Below, one piece after another: positions 8,376 to 18,800 of a stretch of 64,000 nucleotides of DNA. Made by a program: the position numbers and the translations under genes. Source of the DNA: Clostridia bacterium (lineage in GTDB: Bacteria; Bacillota; Clostridia; Oscillospirales; CAG-272); the NCBI GenBank assembly GCA_017508665.1, contig JAFVYL010000013.1, positions 3,544 to 67,543 of the forward strand, given 5' to 3'. The number at the start of each line of letters is the position of its first letter. Position 1 is the first letter of the stretch. The notes under the pieces were generated by a model. The model was not told the origin of the DNA, made no database searches, and was given only the letters and a program-made list of their open reading frames with translations.

Positions 8376-10010
8376 ATGAAACTCAACTACAAAAGAACTA
8401 TTCTCGTAGGCTTTGCTTTCTTCCTTATCAGCGCATTCTGGCAGGCTTACGATGCGATAGTACCGCTTATTCTTACTAACCATTACGGACTTGCGCAGGA
8501 TTGGTCGGGATTTGTTATGTCGTTTGACAATATCCTTGCGCTCTTTATGCTTCCGCTCTTCGGAGCCCTCTCCGACAGGATCTGTACAAGATGGGGAAAG
8601 AGAACTCCCTTCGTCTTTATCGGTACGATTTTGGCGGTAGTTGCATTTATTTGTCTTACCTTCGTGGATAATCCTCAGTTAAACAGAGTAGAGAATACTG
8701 AGGTGGAGATGAACTATGAGTCAGCTGACAAGCTGAGAGATAACGTAAATAAGCTTTATACTCATCTCGATGAGGATGATAAAGAGCTCGCAAAGATAAT
8801 TCTCCAAGAAAAAGAAGCTCTTATGAAGCTATATAACGCAGACAAGATTCCCGATCAGTATGCTGCTGCAGACGAATTCAGAGATGCTACCTATACTCTT
8901 GTAAAGCACGCTAAGACCGAATCAAACGGAGAACTTGAGAAGTTGGCTTCCGATCAGCTTGACATATTGGATGACCTTTTCGAAGATATTGAAGATTCGA
9001 CCTTTGCGATAACTAAGGCTAACATAGGAGGACTTATCGGATTTGCGATAGTACTTCTCCTTGTTCTTATCGCGATGGCGACGTTCAGATCTCCCGCTGT
9101 AGCGCTTATGCCTGACGTAACCGTTAAGCCTTTACGTTCAAAAGGCAACGCTATAATTAACCTTATGGGTACTGCCGGAGGTATCATCGTCCTTGTGCTT
9201 GGAATGATATTCTCCACGAAGCAGATATATATGAGCTACTCGTGGTACGTTGTAGCCGTTTGTATGGTAATGATCGGCGGTCTTGCTGCATTTATCCTCA
9301 CCGTTAAGGAAAAGCAGTGGGCACAGGATATGCTCGATGATACCAAGAAATACGGCATCGTTGAGGAGGAAGAAAAGAACGACGGCGGCCGCAAGCTTTC
9401 GCGTGGCGAGCTCACCTCTCTTTTCCTTATTCTCGCATCCGTTGCTCTCTGGTATATAGGATACAATTCCATAACCTCTAAATATTCGGTTTACGCTACA
9501 CGTGAGCTTGGATTCGACTACAACCTTACTCTTATTATAGCTCAGGCTGCGGCGGTAGTTTCCTACATTCCAATCGGTATGATCTCTTCAAAGATCGGAC
9601 GTAAAAAGGCGATCCTTTCGGGTATTGTTATGCTTACAGCCGCTTTTGCAATAGGTCATTTCATTACTCCTCTTACTCCCGAGTTTGTAATGTATCCCAT
9701 ATTTGTTCTTGCGGGTATCGGTTGGGCTACTATCAACGTTAACTCCTTCCCGATGGTTGTCGAGCTTGCTCGCGGCGGTGATATCGGTAAATATACAGGA
9801 TACTACTACACCGCATCTATGGCGGCTCAGGTTGTTGCTCCTATTGTTTCCGGTAAGCTTTACGAGGTAATAGGAATGAGAAGCGTATTCTTCGTATTCG
9901 GTGCTATATTCGTAGCACTCTCCTTCCTTACCATGTTCTTTGTCAAGCACGGAGATTCCAAGCCCGAGGCTCAGGGCGCGCTCGAGAGCCTTGCAGGTGC
10001 TGATGACTAA
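8376..10010 (+). CDS. MFS transporter (glycoside/sugar:cation symporter-like) with a large soluble loop insertion
   Basis: About 12 hydrophobic segments, motif A-like GALSDRICTRWGKRTPF, second-half SSKIGRKK, ALMPDVT. Confidence 0.88.
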   Translation: MKLNYKRTILVGFAFFLISAFWQAYDAIVPLILTNHYGLAQDWSGFVMSFDNILALFMLPLFGALSDRICTRWGKRTPFVFIGTILAVVAFICLTFVDNPQLNRVENTEVEMNYESADKLRDNVNKLYTHLDEDDKELAKIILQEKEALMKLYNADKIPDQYAAADEFRDATYTLVKHAKTESNGELEKLASDQLDILDDLFEDIEDSTFAITKANIGGLIGFAIVLLLVLIAMATFRSPAVALMPDVTVKPLRSKGNAIINLMGTAGGIIVLVLGMIFSTKQIYMSYSWYVVAVCMVMIGGLAAFILTVKEKQWAQDMLDDTKKYGIVEEEEKNDGGRKLSRGELTSLFLILASVALWYIGYNSITSKYSVYATRELGFDYNLTLIIAQAAAVVSYIPIGMISSKIGRKKAILSGIVMLTAAFAIGHFITPLTPEFVMYPIFVLAGIGWATINVNSFPMVVELARGGDIGKYTGYYYTASMAAQVVAPIVSGKLYEVIGMRSVFFVFGAIFVALSFLTMFFVKHGDSKPEAQGALESLAGADD

Positions 10011-10042
10011 TTAAAAAACAATGCCCGACAGGGCGAAAACTC

Positions 10043-10083
10043 TGAACGGTATGTGGGTAAAGCCCTGCGTACCGTTCACTTTT
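10043..10083 (+). terminator. Intrinsic terminator after the MFS gene
   Basis: tgaacggtatgtggg/cctgcgtaccgttca stem followed by cttttc. Confidence 0.6.
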
Positions 10084-10121
10084 CCAAAAAATAAAACGTT
10101 ATAGCAAAATCAGAGGAAAAT

Positions 10122-10955
10122 ATGCACCCCATTCAAATAATTTTGACAGTAATAGCATCTATTACTCTTCTCGGCGCGGCATTGTGGCTGTTTATGATAT
10201 GGCCGGGCGGACGAAGAAGGGAAATGGAAAAATTCACAAAGATAAGATATGCGCACCGAGGTCTGCACGACTCGGAGAGGGCGGAAAATTCAATGTCCGC
10301 CTTTGCCGCGGCTAAGGAGCACGGGTACGGAATCGAGCTTGACGTACGTCTTTCCAAGGATGGCGAGCTTGTCGTATTTCATGACGAAACCCTGACACGT
10401 GTGGTCGGAAAAGAGGGTAAGGTCATTGACTTTACCGCTGAGGAGCTCTCAAAAATGAGTCTCTTAGGCACAGCGGACGGTATCCCGACCTTCCGTCAGG
10501 TACTCGAGCTTATCGACGGAGCAGTTCCCCTTATTATTGAGATAAAAATGGGCACGGGCGAGTCCGGTGTGGCAGAAAAGCTCATGGAGGTTATCGACGG
10601 ATACCGCGGAGAGTACGTGGTAGAGTCATTTAATCCCTTGGCGCTCAAGGTAGTCAGAAAAATGCGCCCCGACATACTCCGCGGAATTCTCGCGCATGAG
10701 TATATGAAGGATGAGAAGTATCAGGGCAAGCTGATCTACAGACTGGGACAGAATCTTGAGCTTAATTTTCTTTGCCGTCCTCATTTTATCGCGTACAGTC
10801 ACAGCGACTACTCCGTGCCGAAGATGAGATTTGTGCACAGAGTATTCGGCACTCCTCTTATCGCCTGGACGGTAAGATCGCAGCAAGAGGAAAATGCGGC
10901 GCGCGAGCACGGATTCGGAACTGTTATATTTGAAAATTATATTCCCGAGGAATAA
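10122..10955 (+). CDS. Glycerophosphodiester phosphodiesterase family protein, N-terminal membrane anchor
   Basis: AHRGLH, ENSMSAF, IELDVRLSKDGELVVFHDETL, IIEIK and AWTV motifs. Confidence 0.92.
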   Translation: MHPIQIILTVIASITLLGAALWLFMIWPGGRRREMEKFTKIRYAHRGLHDSERAENSMSAFAAAKEHGYGIELDVRLSKDGELVVFHDETLTRVVGKEGKVIDFTAEELSKMSLLGTADGIPTFRQVLELIDGAVPLIIEIKMGTGESGVAEKLMEVIDGYRGEYVVESFNPLALKVVRKMRPDILRGILAHEYMKDEKYQGKLIYRLGQNLELNFLCRPHFIAYSHSDYSVPKMRFVHRVFGTPLIAWTVRSQQEENAAREHGFGTVIFENYIPEE

Positions 10956-10966
10956 AGGCAACTTAT

Positions 10967-12088
10967 ATGAAAATGCAACTTGTAGCGACCTGTCTTTTCG
11001 GCCTTGAGCATCTGCTCGGAGAGGAAATAGAAAAGCTCGGATACGAGAGGATATCTACCATAAACGGAAGAGTCACTTTCCTCGGAGATGAAGAGGCTGT
11101 CGCATTATCCAACGTCTTTCTGCGATATGCGGAAAGAGTATTTATAAAGCTCGGCTCATTCAGGGCAACGAGCTTTGAGGAGCTTTTTGAGGGCACACGC
11201 TCCCTGCCTTGGTCGGAATTTATAGGCAGAAACGATGCTTTTCCCGTCAAGGGACACTCCATAAAATCCCAGCTCTTCTCGATCCCCGACTGCCAGGCAA
11301 TAATCAAAAAGGCAATAGTCAGAAGTATGTCTGACGTGTACGGAATTTCGGTATTCCCCGAGGAGGGTGTAAAATATCAGGTAGAGTTCTTTATACTTAA
11401 TGACGAAGCGACTCTTATGATAGATACCTCGGGCGAGCCTCTGCACAAGAGAGGCTACAGACGTGAGGCAAATGCCGCTCCCATACGCGAGACTCTCGCG
11501 GCGGCTATCGTAGCAACGTCACGTCCTCGTGAAGAGGTGCTGATGTGGGATCCTATGTGCGGCAGCGGTACACTCGCTATTGAGGCGGCGATGCAGATGA
11601 GAAATATCGCACCCGGTATGCGCCGTAATTTTGCGGCGGAAAAGTTCCCGTACGTACCGCATACTCTTTGGAAAAATGCAAAGGAAGAGGCGCTGGAGGG
11701 CATAGTCACATCGTCCTTTGAGGTATATGCCTCGGATATAGACGAGGAGTGCGTAAAGCTCACCAAGGATAACGCCTACAGGGCAGGCGTGCTGAATTCC
11801 ATAAAGGTTTTCAGACAGGATGCCAGACGTATTTCAGCTCCGGGCAGGCGCGGAACTATAGTTACCAATCCCCCGTACGGTGAGAGAATCGGCACACTCG
11901 ACGAGGTAGAGAGACTCTATCGCGATATCGGCGTCCACTTCCGATCTCTCGCTCCGTGGCAGGTGTACGTTATAACCTCGCACGACGGCTTTGAGAGGCT
12001 TTACGGAAGAAAAGCCGACAAAGTAAAGAAGCTATACAACGGTATGATACCGTGTTATCTGTATCAGTTCTTCAAAAACAATAAATAA
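10967..12088 (+). CDS. THUMP-domain rRNA guanine methyltransferase (RlmL/YpsC-like)
   Basis: DTSGEPLHKRGYR, APIRETLAAA, DPMCGSGT and VTNPPYGER motifs. Confidence 0.92.
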   Translation: MKMQLVATCLFGLEHLLGEEIEKLGYERISTINGRVTFLGDEEAVALSNVFLRYAERVFIKLGSFRATSFEELFEGTRSLPWSEFIGRNDAFPVKGHSIKSQLFSIPDCQAIIKKAIVRSMSDVYGISVFPEEGVKYQVEFFILNDEATLMIDTSGEPLHKRGYRREANAAPIRETLAAAIVATSRPREEVLMWDPMCGSGTLAIEAAMQMRNIAPGMRRNFAAEKFPYVPHTLWKNAKEEALEGIVTSSFEVYASDIDEECVKLTKDNAYRAGVLNSIKVFRQDARRISAPGRRGTIVTNPPYGERIGTLDEVERLYRDIGVHFRSLAPWQVYVITSHDGFERLYGRKADKVKKLYNGMIPCYLYQFFKNNK

Positions 12089-12092
12089 AAAC

Positions 12093-12142
12093 AAAACGAC
12101 AGCTCCATACCTTTTTTGGTAGAAAGCTGTCGCTTTTTCTTT
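12093..12142. terminator. Bidirectional terminator between convergent methyltransferase and spoIIE genes
   Basis: cgacagct...agctgtcg stem flanked by A- and T-runs. Confidence 0.65.
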
Positions 12143-12201
12143 TGAATTAATGTGGTACTGACGCGTTTTCGCAGATGTTTTCTTTAGCTTAACACGGGCA
12201 G

Positions 12202-14625
12202 TCAGTCTCTCTTGCGTACTACCCGTGTGACAAGAACAGTCATATCGTCTGAGCGCGGCATATTTTTGAGGGCGGCTGATAGGATCGAGTCAGCATACTC
12301 CTTCAAATTTCGCTTTGGCGGTCTTGAGAGAAGGTCGAGCAGCCACGGAGTGTCCTCCGCGCTCTGCGCTATACCGTCTGAGAGCATAATGATATAATCG
12401 TCTCCCTCAAGGTCTATTTTTATTCTTTCCGCATCCACCCTTTTCATAAGTCCGAGAGGCGCGGTTTTGGATTTTATTCTGAATATTGACGAGCCGCGCT
12501 TCACGTAGGATGCCGCAGCTCCGCTCTTGAGAAATTCCGCATCACCCCTGTAGAGATCGACGGAAAACAGATCTACCGTGGCGGAGCATTCTCTGTGTCT
12601 GTGGCGGATGGTGTGATTGAGAATTTTCAGCACGGTCTGTCCCTCAGAGTTGAATTCGAGAGCTCTTTGCATAAAATCTGCGACAAACGCGGAGGTTTCC
12701 TTTGCCTCTTTTCCGCTGCCCATACCGTCCGATATCAGCGAGTAGAAATATCCGTTTTCGCTCTCAAACGCTACTGCTGTGTCACCGGAAATATCCTCGC
12801 GTTCACCTGCGATAGAGGATACCGCACACTCGGCACCGAATGATTTTTCACTCGGACACTCCATCAGCGCCATCTTTCCCTTGCGGTAATATTCCGGTGT
12901 GCCGAGTCTTACGTCGGCTATGTGCTCAATGTTTTGCTTTAACTCAGGGGCGGTTATTTTACTGCCGCTCTCGTCCTCTGCGGCGAGTATGAAATACGGA
13001 CGTCTTTCACCGAAAGCGCGTATAACACCGTCTATCATTCCGGCATCCATCATTACGTCCTTCAGTCTCTCCGAGAGATCCTCGTTGAGAGCCTTTTCTC
13101 TCTCGTCGTCTATACGAGCCTCGTTGATAAGCTTGGCTATTATACCAAAATCCTCGGAGTAGGTATCCTTCTTCATTTCCCTAAACTTTTCCTCGGCAAG
13201 TATTGACACTCCGCGGTTTATTGCCTCGGCTATGTTGGGAGACATTGGGCAGTACTCGGGATACGCACCAAGATCTGTGTCACTTATTCTGCCGTTTTGG
13301 TAGAGTATCTCTGCGAGGGCAGAGGTGTTTTCTATAAATTTTCTGTCCTCTTTGGTCATACACGCCTCTCTGCCGTCACACGCGCGGCAGTACTTGTCTG
13401 CACATTCGAGTATCAGGTCGGAGAGCTCCTCTCTCGTGGGACGTGCTGAGTTTTCGCTGTATTGCTTTATAGACGATGAGATTGCGGAGAGCGACATTTC
13501 GAGTGAGGCGAGATTGCCGCGGTATCGGTTTCTGTACGACAGAGCGACCGTACCTACCATATCCATCGCGCTTTTTTCAACCTCTTCGCACTCGGCCTCA
13601 CTTTTCTCATGCGAGAGCTTTTTGAGGATAGGCGAGATGACAAGCGCGGCTATCGCGTATTCCGGAAGTATGCTGAGAAGACCGCGCAATGCCTCGGCAT
13701 AGGCAGACCAGGCGCAGAGCAGAGCACCTCCCCCGACCAGACCGTAGCTTATACCCAACGGGAAAAGACCGCCGGCAGCTCCTCCCGCGAGAGCGAATGC
13801 CACAGAGAGTGTGCTTGATAGACCGAATGATGATACAAAGCCTACGATACATCCGTACAGAGCACCGAAGCGACGTGCTATAAGCAGGGTGGCTGCCCCG
13901 GAGAAAATGTAGCCGAGCGAGATGCCGAGCAGCTCGTATTCTTTGAATGATATAGATATAAGGAATATTATCAAAAGTGATGAAAGTCTGAAGAAAAGTA
14001 AATTAAACTTGTCTTTTTCGCTCTTACCCTTACCGGAAAAGACGTTTACCGTGCTATCAAACACGGTATAAAAACTTATTTTACAGTCAAACAATCCCGA
14101 GAGAGCGAAGACTAAAAGAGGAGGAAGAATTATCATTGACAGTCCGAATGCGACCGTAGTAATATTCAATCCCGAGAGGAGCGTCTCGTACACCGCGGCA
14201 ATAAAACCGCCTATCAGAGAGGCTGACATTTTGAGTAGCAGGCCCTCGGAGAAATAACTCATGTATACTTTCTCATCTTCCCCCTTCTCACCGCCTGAGA
14301 TTATTATTCTGAGGAATACCACAATTACAGCTATCATCGAGTAGATGATGCCCGACTTTCCGAGTGTCAGAGCTCCGGCGGCAGCACCGAGTGTGGCGAG
14401 CCAGACTCTTGTGGGCAATACCGCGATAAAGGCTATAGCAAGTGGGTGCGAGCCGAATATCACGTGGCATCTTGCGAAAATAAACGCAACAAAGAAGGTT
14501 ATGACGTCGATTAGGGGCGCTTCTCTCTTCTTTTTCGCTTCTTCTATTGAGTGCTTGATAGTCCCCATAATTCCAGAGGAGCGTTTGGTTTTTTTGTTCG
14601 TTTCTTCATGGCTTGTTTTATCCAT
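12202..14625 (-). CDS. spoIIE: Stage II sporulation protein E (membrane PP2C-type phosphatase)
   Basis: About 10 N-terminal TM segments, Cys cluster CRACDGREAC, PP2C motifs SGD, SDGMGSG, SATVDL, SDGI, DDMTVLV; ATG 14625 follows a gaaaggag RBS. Confidence 0.92.
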   Translation of the reverse strand: MDKTSHEETNKKTKRSSGIMGTIKHSIEEAKKKREAPLIDVITFFVAFIFARCHVIFGSHPLAIAFIAVLPTRVWLATLGAAAGALTLGKSGIIYSMIAVIVVFLRIIISGGEKGEDEKVYMSYFSEGLLLKMSASLIGGFIAAVYETLLSGLNITTVAFGLSMIILPPLLVFALSGLFDCKISFYTVFDSTVNVFSGKGKSEKDKFNLLFFRLSSLLIIFLISISFKEYELLGISLGYIFSGAATLLIARRFGALYGCIVGFVSSFGLSSTLSVAFALAGGAAGGLFPLGISYGLVGGGALLCAWSAYAEALRGLLSILPEYAIAALVISPILKKLSHEKSEAECEEVEKSAMDMVGTVALSYRNRYRGNLASLEMSLSAISSSIKQYSENSARPTREELSDLILECADKYCRACDGREACMTKEDRKFIENTSALAEILYQNGRISDTDLGAYPEYCPMSPNIAEAINRGVSILAEEKFREMKKDTYSEDFGIIAKLINEARIDDEREKALNEDLSERLKDVMMDAGMIDGVIRAFGERRPYFILAAEDESGSKITAPELKQNIEHIADVRLGTPEYYRKGKMALMECPSEKSFGAECAVSSIAGEREDISGDTAVAFESENGYFYSLISDGMGSGKEAKETSAFVADFMQRALEFNSEGQTVLKILNHTIRHRHRECSATVDLFSVDLYRGDAEFLKSGAAASYVKRGSSIFRIKSKTAPLGLMKRVDAERIKIDLEGDDYIIMLSDGIAQSAEDTPWLLDLLSRPPKRNLKEYADSILSAALKNMPRSDDMTVLVTRVVRKRD

Positions 14626-14859
14626 ATTGAAATCTCCTTTCATAAGGTACTCTTTATTTTTGACCTTCACAACTATTGTACTTTGCCGCCCGGTGAGAAA
14701 TAGGTCGTATCACGTAGGTCGCCAAGGGGACAAAAAGGTCGCAATATGGATAAAGCAGGTAAAAATGCGTGAGGAGAGGCATTATCCGATGATAATTCCC
14801 TTATTTTGCGATATGTTGACCGAATAAGTGGGCATTGTGTGAATATAGGATTTTCTCGC

Positions 14860-14888
14860 TTGAAATTTACAAAAATATATGTTAAAAT
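14860..14888 (+). promoter_or_regulatory. sigmaA-type promoter for truB-addA
   Basis: TTGAAA-17 bp-TAAAAT with TG extension. Confidence 0.7.
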
Positions 14889-14917
14889 ATTAAGTAAGAA
14901 AAATTAGGAGTCCGTGT

Positions 14918-15820
14918 ATGGAAAAGGTTAAGGAGCTCTCCGGTCTTGTTATAGTCAACAAGGAGGAGGGGATCACATCTCAGGGTGTGGTAAACAGAGT
15001 GAAAAGAATATTCGGTGTATCCAAGGCGGGACACACGGGCACGCTCGACCCTATGGCTACGGGAGTTTTACCCGTGCTTATCGGCAGAGGAGTTAAGGCA
15101 AGTGAGTTTATGCTCACATCCGGAAAGCATTACGGTGCGACACTTCTGCTCGGAGTTACGACGGACACCGAGGACGTGACGGGTACTGTCCTTACAGAGT
15201 GCGAGGTGGATTGCACAGAGGAAGAGGTGCTCTCGGCAGTTTCGGGCTTCGTCGGTGAGATAATGCAGACGCCGCCTATGTACTCGGCACTTAAGGTCGG
15301 CGGCAAGAAGCTGTGCGATCTTGCCAGACGCGGCGAGGTGGTTGAGCGCGAGGCAAGACCTGTGACGGTTTATTCCATAGACGTCCGCCGTATCAACGCG
15401 AGGGAATATTACCTTGACGTAAAATGCTCAAAGGGTACTTACATAAGAACGCTTTGCGCGGACATAGGATCGGCGCTCGGTGTCGGCGGTTGTATGAAGA
15501 CTTTGCAAAGGCTCTCGGCATCCGGATATAAGATAGACGAGGCGAGGACACTCACCGAGCTTGAAGAGATGAGTGATGAGGAGAAGATCTCCTTTGTCCG
15601 TCCCGTCGAGGACGTGTTCAAAAAATACGAGCTTGTCACACTTCCCGATTTCTTTGCACGGCTTGCGCGCTCGGGCCTTGAAATCTATCTTCACAAGATA
15701 AAAAGGAGCTTTAAGGTCGGGGACGTGGTAAGAATTGCCGACTCGGGCGGTTTCTTTGCCGTGGGAGAGGTAAGAGAGTTTGAGGGCGGACTTGCGATAA
15801 AGCCTATCAGACAGTTTTGA
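14918..15820 (+). CDS. truB: tRNA pseudouridine(55) synthase
   Basis: KAGHTGTLDPMATGVL, QTPPMYSALKVGG and CSKGTYIRTL motifs. Confidence 0.97.
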   Translation: MEKVKELSGLVIVNKEEGITSQGVVNRVKRIFGVSKAGHTGTLDPMATGVLPVLIGRGVKASEFMLTSGKHYGATLLLGVTTDTEDVTGTVLTECEVDCTEEEVLSAVSGFVGEIMQTPPMYSALKVGGKKLCDLARRGEVVEREARPVTVYSIDVRRINAREYYLDVKCSKGTYIRTLCADIGSALGVGGCMKTLQRLSASGYKIDEARTLTELEEMSDEEKISFVRPVEDVFKKYELVTLPDFFARLARSGLEIYLHKIKRSFKVGDVVRIADSGGFFAVGEVREFEGGLAIKPIRQF

Positions 15821-15883
15821 TAAATATTTGAATTTTACGTTGCTCGCTTTTTAATTTTCATTACATTAAAACAAGGAGGGGTT

Positions 15884-18800
15884 ATGGCAGACGTACGTTG
15901 GACAGGCAGTCAGCTTGACGCAATAAATACAAGAGATCGCACTTTACTCGTATCGGCTGCGGCTGGTTCGGGTAAGACCGCTACCCTCACCGAGAGAATA
16001 ATCTCGTCGGTGCTTGACAGTGAGAACCCTATAAATATAGAAGATATGCTCATCGTGACCTACACGCGCGCCGCTGTAGGTGAATTGCGCGAGAGAATAG
16101 GCAAGGCGGTCAAAAAGGCTCTCAAGGAGCGCCCCGACGACGAGAGGCTCGCGCGCCAGCTCCATATGCTGCCGAGCGCAAAGATAAGCACGATCGACGC
16201 CTTTTGCGCCGATATTCTCAGAGCCAATGCCGAGAGGGTGGGCATCAGTCCGTCCTTCAGAGTGCCTGACAGTGCGGAGGCGCAGCTGCTCGGTGAAAAT
16301 ATTCTTTCGGGACTTCTTGAGGCTATCTATGAGGGAAATGCGCCCGAGGTAGCATCTCCCAAGGAGCTTGACGCCTTGACAGACTGTCTGGCTCAGGCAA
16401 GACGTCAGGGGGAATTGCCGAAGATAATCAGCATGATCTATTCGTCCACGCTTTCTTCTCTTGACGGCGTGGGCTCTATCGGCGCGCTTGTCGATGAGTT
16501 TGATCCCGAAAAATTCACCTCTGTTGAGAGCACCGGCTTCGGTAAATATATTATGTCGAGACTTAAAGAACTCCTCGCGCATTACCGCAAGGTGTTTACC
16601 GATATAAAAAACGAGATAATCTCTATCGATGCGGTAAAATACGCAAAGATCATAGATATGACAGACGATGCGCTCGCCTTAATATCCGAGCTTGAATCCA
16701 AGGAGAATTATTCCGGAGTACGCGACACGCTCTCCGTCTATGAATTTAAGAAGGCGGCATCCGTGTCGAAAAAAGACCCACTTCCGCCAATATCTGCAAT
16801 AAGAAAAAGCTTTAAGGAAGAAATCACGAAAATGGGTGAGGACTTCTTCAAGCACACCGAGGATGAGTGGAAAGTCGCTTATGAGGGGCTCTACCGTCAG
16901 TTTGACGTCTTGTACCGACTTATCCGTGAATTTGACAGACTTTTCAGACAGGAAAAGATCAGACGGGGTATATGTGAGTTCTCCGACGTTGAAAGATACA
17001 CATATGAGTGCCTTTGGCAAAACGGTGAGAAGACCGACGTCGCAAGGGAACAGGCAAGACTCTACCGAGCTGTGTATATAGACGAGTATCAGGACGTAAA
17101 CAGCCTGCAGAATAAGATCTTCGAGGCTATCTCCACGGAGTCGAACAGATTTATGGTTGGAGATATAAAGCAGAGCATCTATGAGTTCAGAAGCGCAAAC
17201 CCGAAAATATTTGCGGATATGAAAAAGAGCTTTCCGCCTCTTGGCGCAAAGGGAGATTTCCCTGCGGCATCGATATTCATGTCGGATAACTTCAGATGTG
17301 ACAGAGGCGTTATAGATTTTGTAAACGACGTCTTTGACAAGCTCTTCTACTATCTACGCGATAGCATAGGCTACGTTGACGGTGACAGACTTAAGTTCAG
17401 CAAGGGAAATACCGACGCGCCTTACGTCTATCCCGAAATATGTCTTGTTCCTACAATTCCCAAGTCGGACCCGAGATCTGTGCTTGTCAAAGAACAGTCG
17501 GAGCTTGTACCCGAGGTTGTGGCAAGAAAGATAAAGGAGCTTATCGACACCGGACATCTTGACAGCGGTGAGAAAATACAGCCGAGGCATATAGCCATCA
17601 TAATGAGAAACGTCAAGAACAAGGGCGAAAAATACGCACGGGCTCTGTCTAAGCTCGGAATTCCGGCGGCTCTTGCCGAAAACGAGCGCTTCTTTATAAA
17701 TTCGGACGTCCTGCTTGTTCTTTGTCTTCTCAACTCTATAGATAATCCGCATAAGGACGTTTATCTCGCGGGACTTATGTGCTCACCGATATACGGCTTT
17801 AAGCTCGGGGACGTGGCCCTGATACGAAAGCTCGCGCCTGCTGACACCCTCTATGACTCTCTGGTTAAGTACGCCGAGGAGGGTGAGGACGGGGAGCGTG
17901 TCAGAAAATTCCTTGATAAGCTATCCTATTACAGACTTATCTCGGAGGGTATGCCCACGGACAAGCTGCTGATGAAGCTTTATCATGAGACGGGGCTATT
18001 AGCTCTTTCCTCTAATAAAAAGGAGAGCAAGGACAACCTGATGCTCCTATATGAGCATGCGAGAAAGTTCGAGGGCGGCTCGTTCAAGGGACTTTACAAC
18101 TTTATCAGCTACATCAATCAGCTCACCGGCAGAGAGAGTGACTTTGATAAGAGGGAAGCTCCCGGAGAGTGCGATGCCGTAAGGATCATAACCGCGCACG
18201 GATCTAAGGGACTTGAATACCCGATAGTATTCTTTGCGGGGGGTACGTCCAGCTTCAATCAGAGTAAGGAGGCGGGAGAACCGCCGAGATTTGAGTACGA
18301 AGAGGGCTTTGGCATAGGTATGTTCCTGCGTACCGCTTCGGGCCTTGCGCTTGTGCGTAATTCCACCAAAAATATAGTAAAGGATTACAGGCGCAGAAAG
18401 AAGATAGAAGAGGAGGCGCGTGTCCTCTACGTAATACTCACCAGAGCGCGTGAGAGACTCTACGTTGTAGGACAGGTCAAGTCGGATGCCGAGGCATTTG
18501 AGGCGGAGTGTGCCGCCGAGAGAGAATACATGTCCGAATACTCTGTGTATAACGTCTCATCTCTCTTTAAGATGATTTTGGAAATGAAGGAGTTTGACAC
18601 AAAGCTCCCGTCCGAATTTTTACAATATCCGCCTCTTGTATACACCGACGCGGCTTATGATGCCGTTGAGAACACAGATACGGACACGTACGGTGGTGAG
18701 TGTGAGTTGACAAGCGCGATCACCGATACCGAAATAATACTTGACGGCAGCGACGTCGCACAGCTTGAGTCGGAGCTCAGGCGCAGATTTGCCTTTGAAT

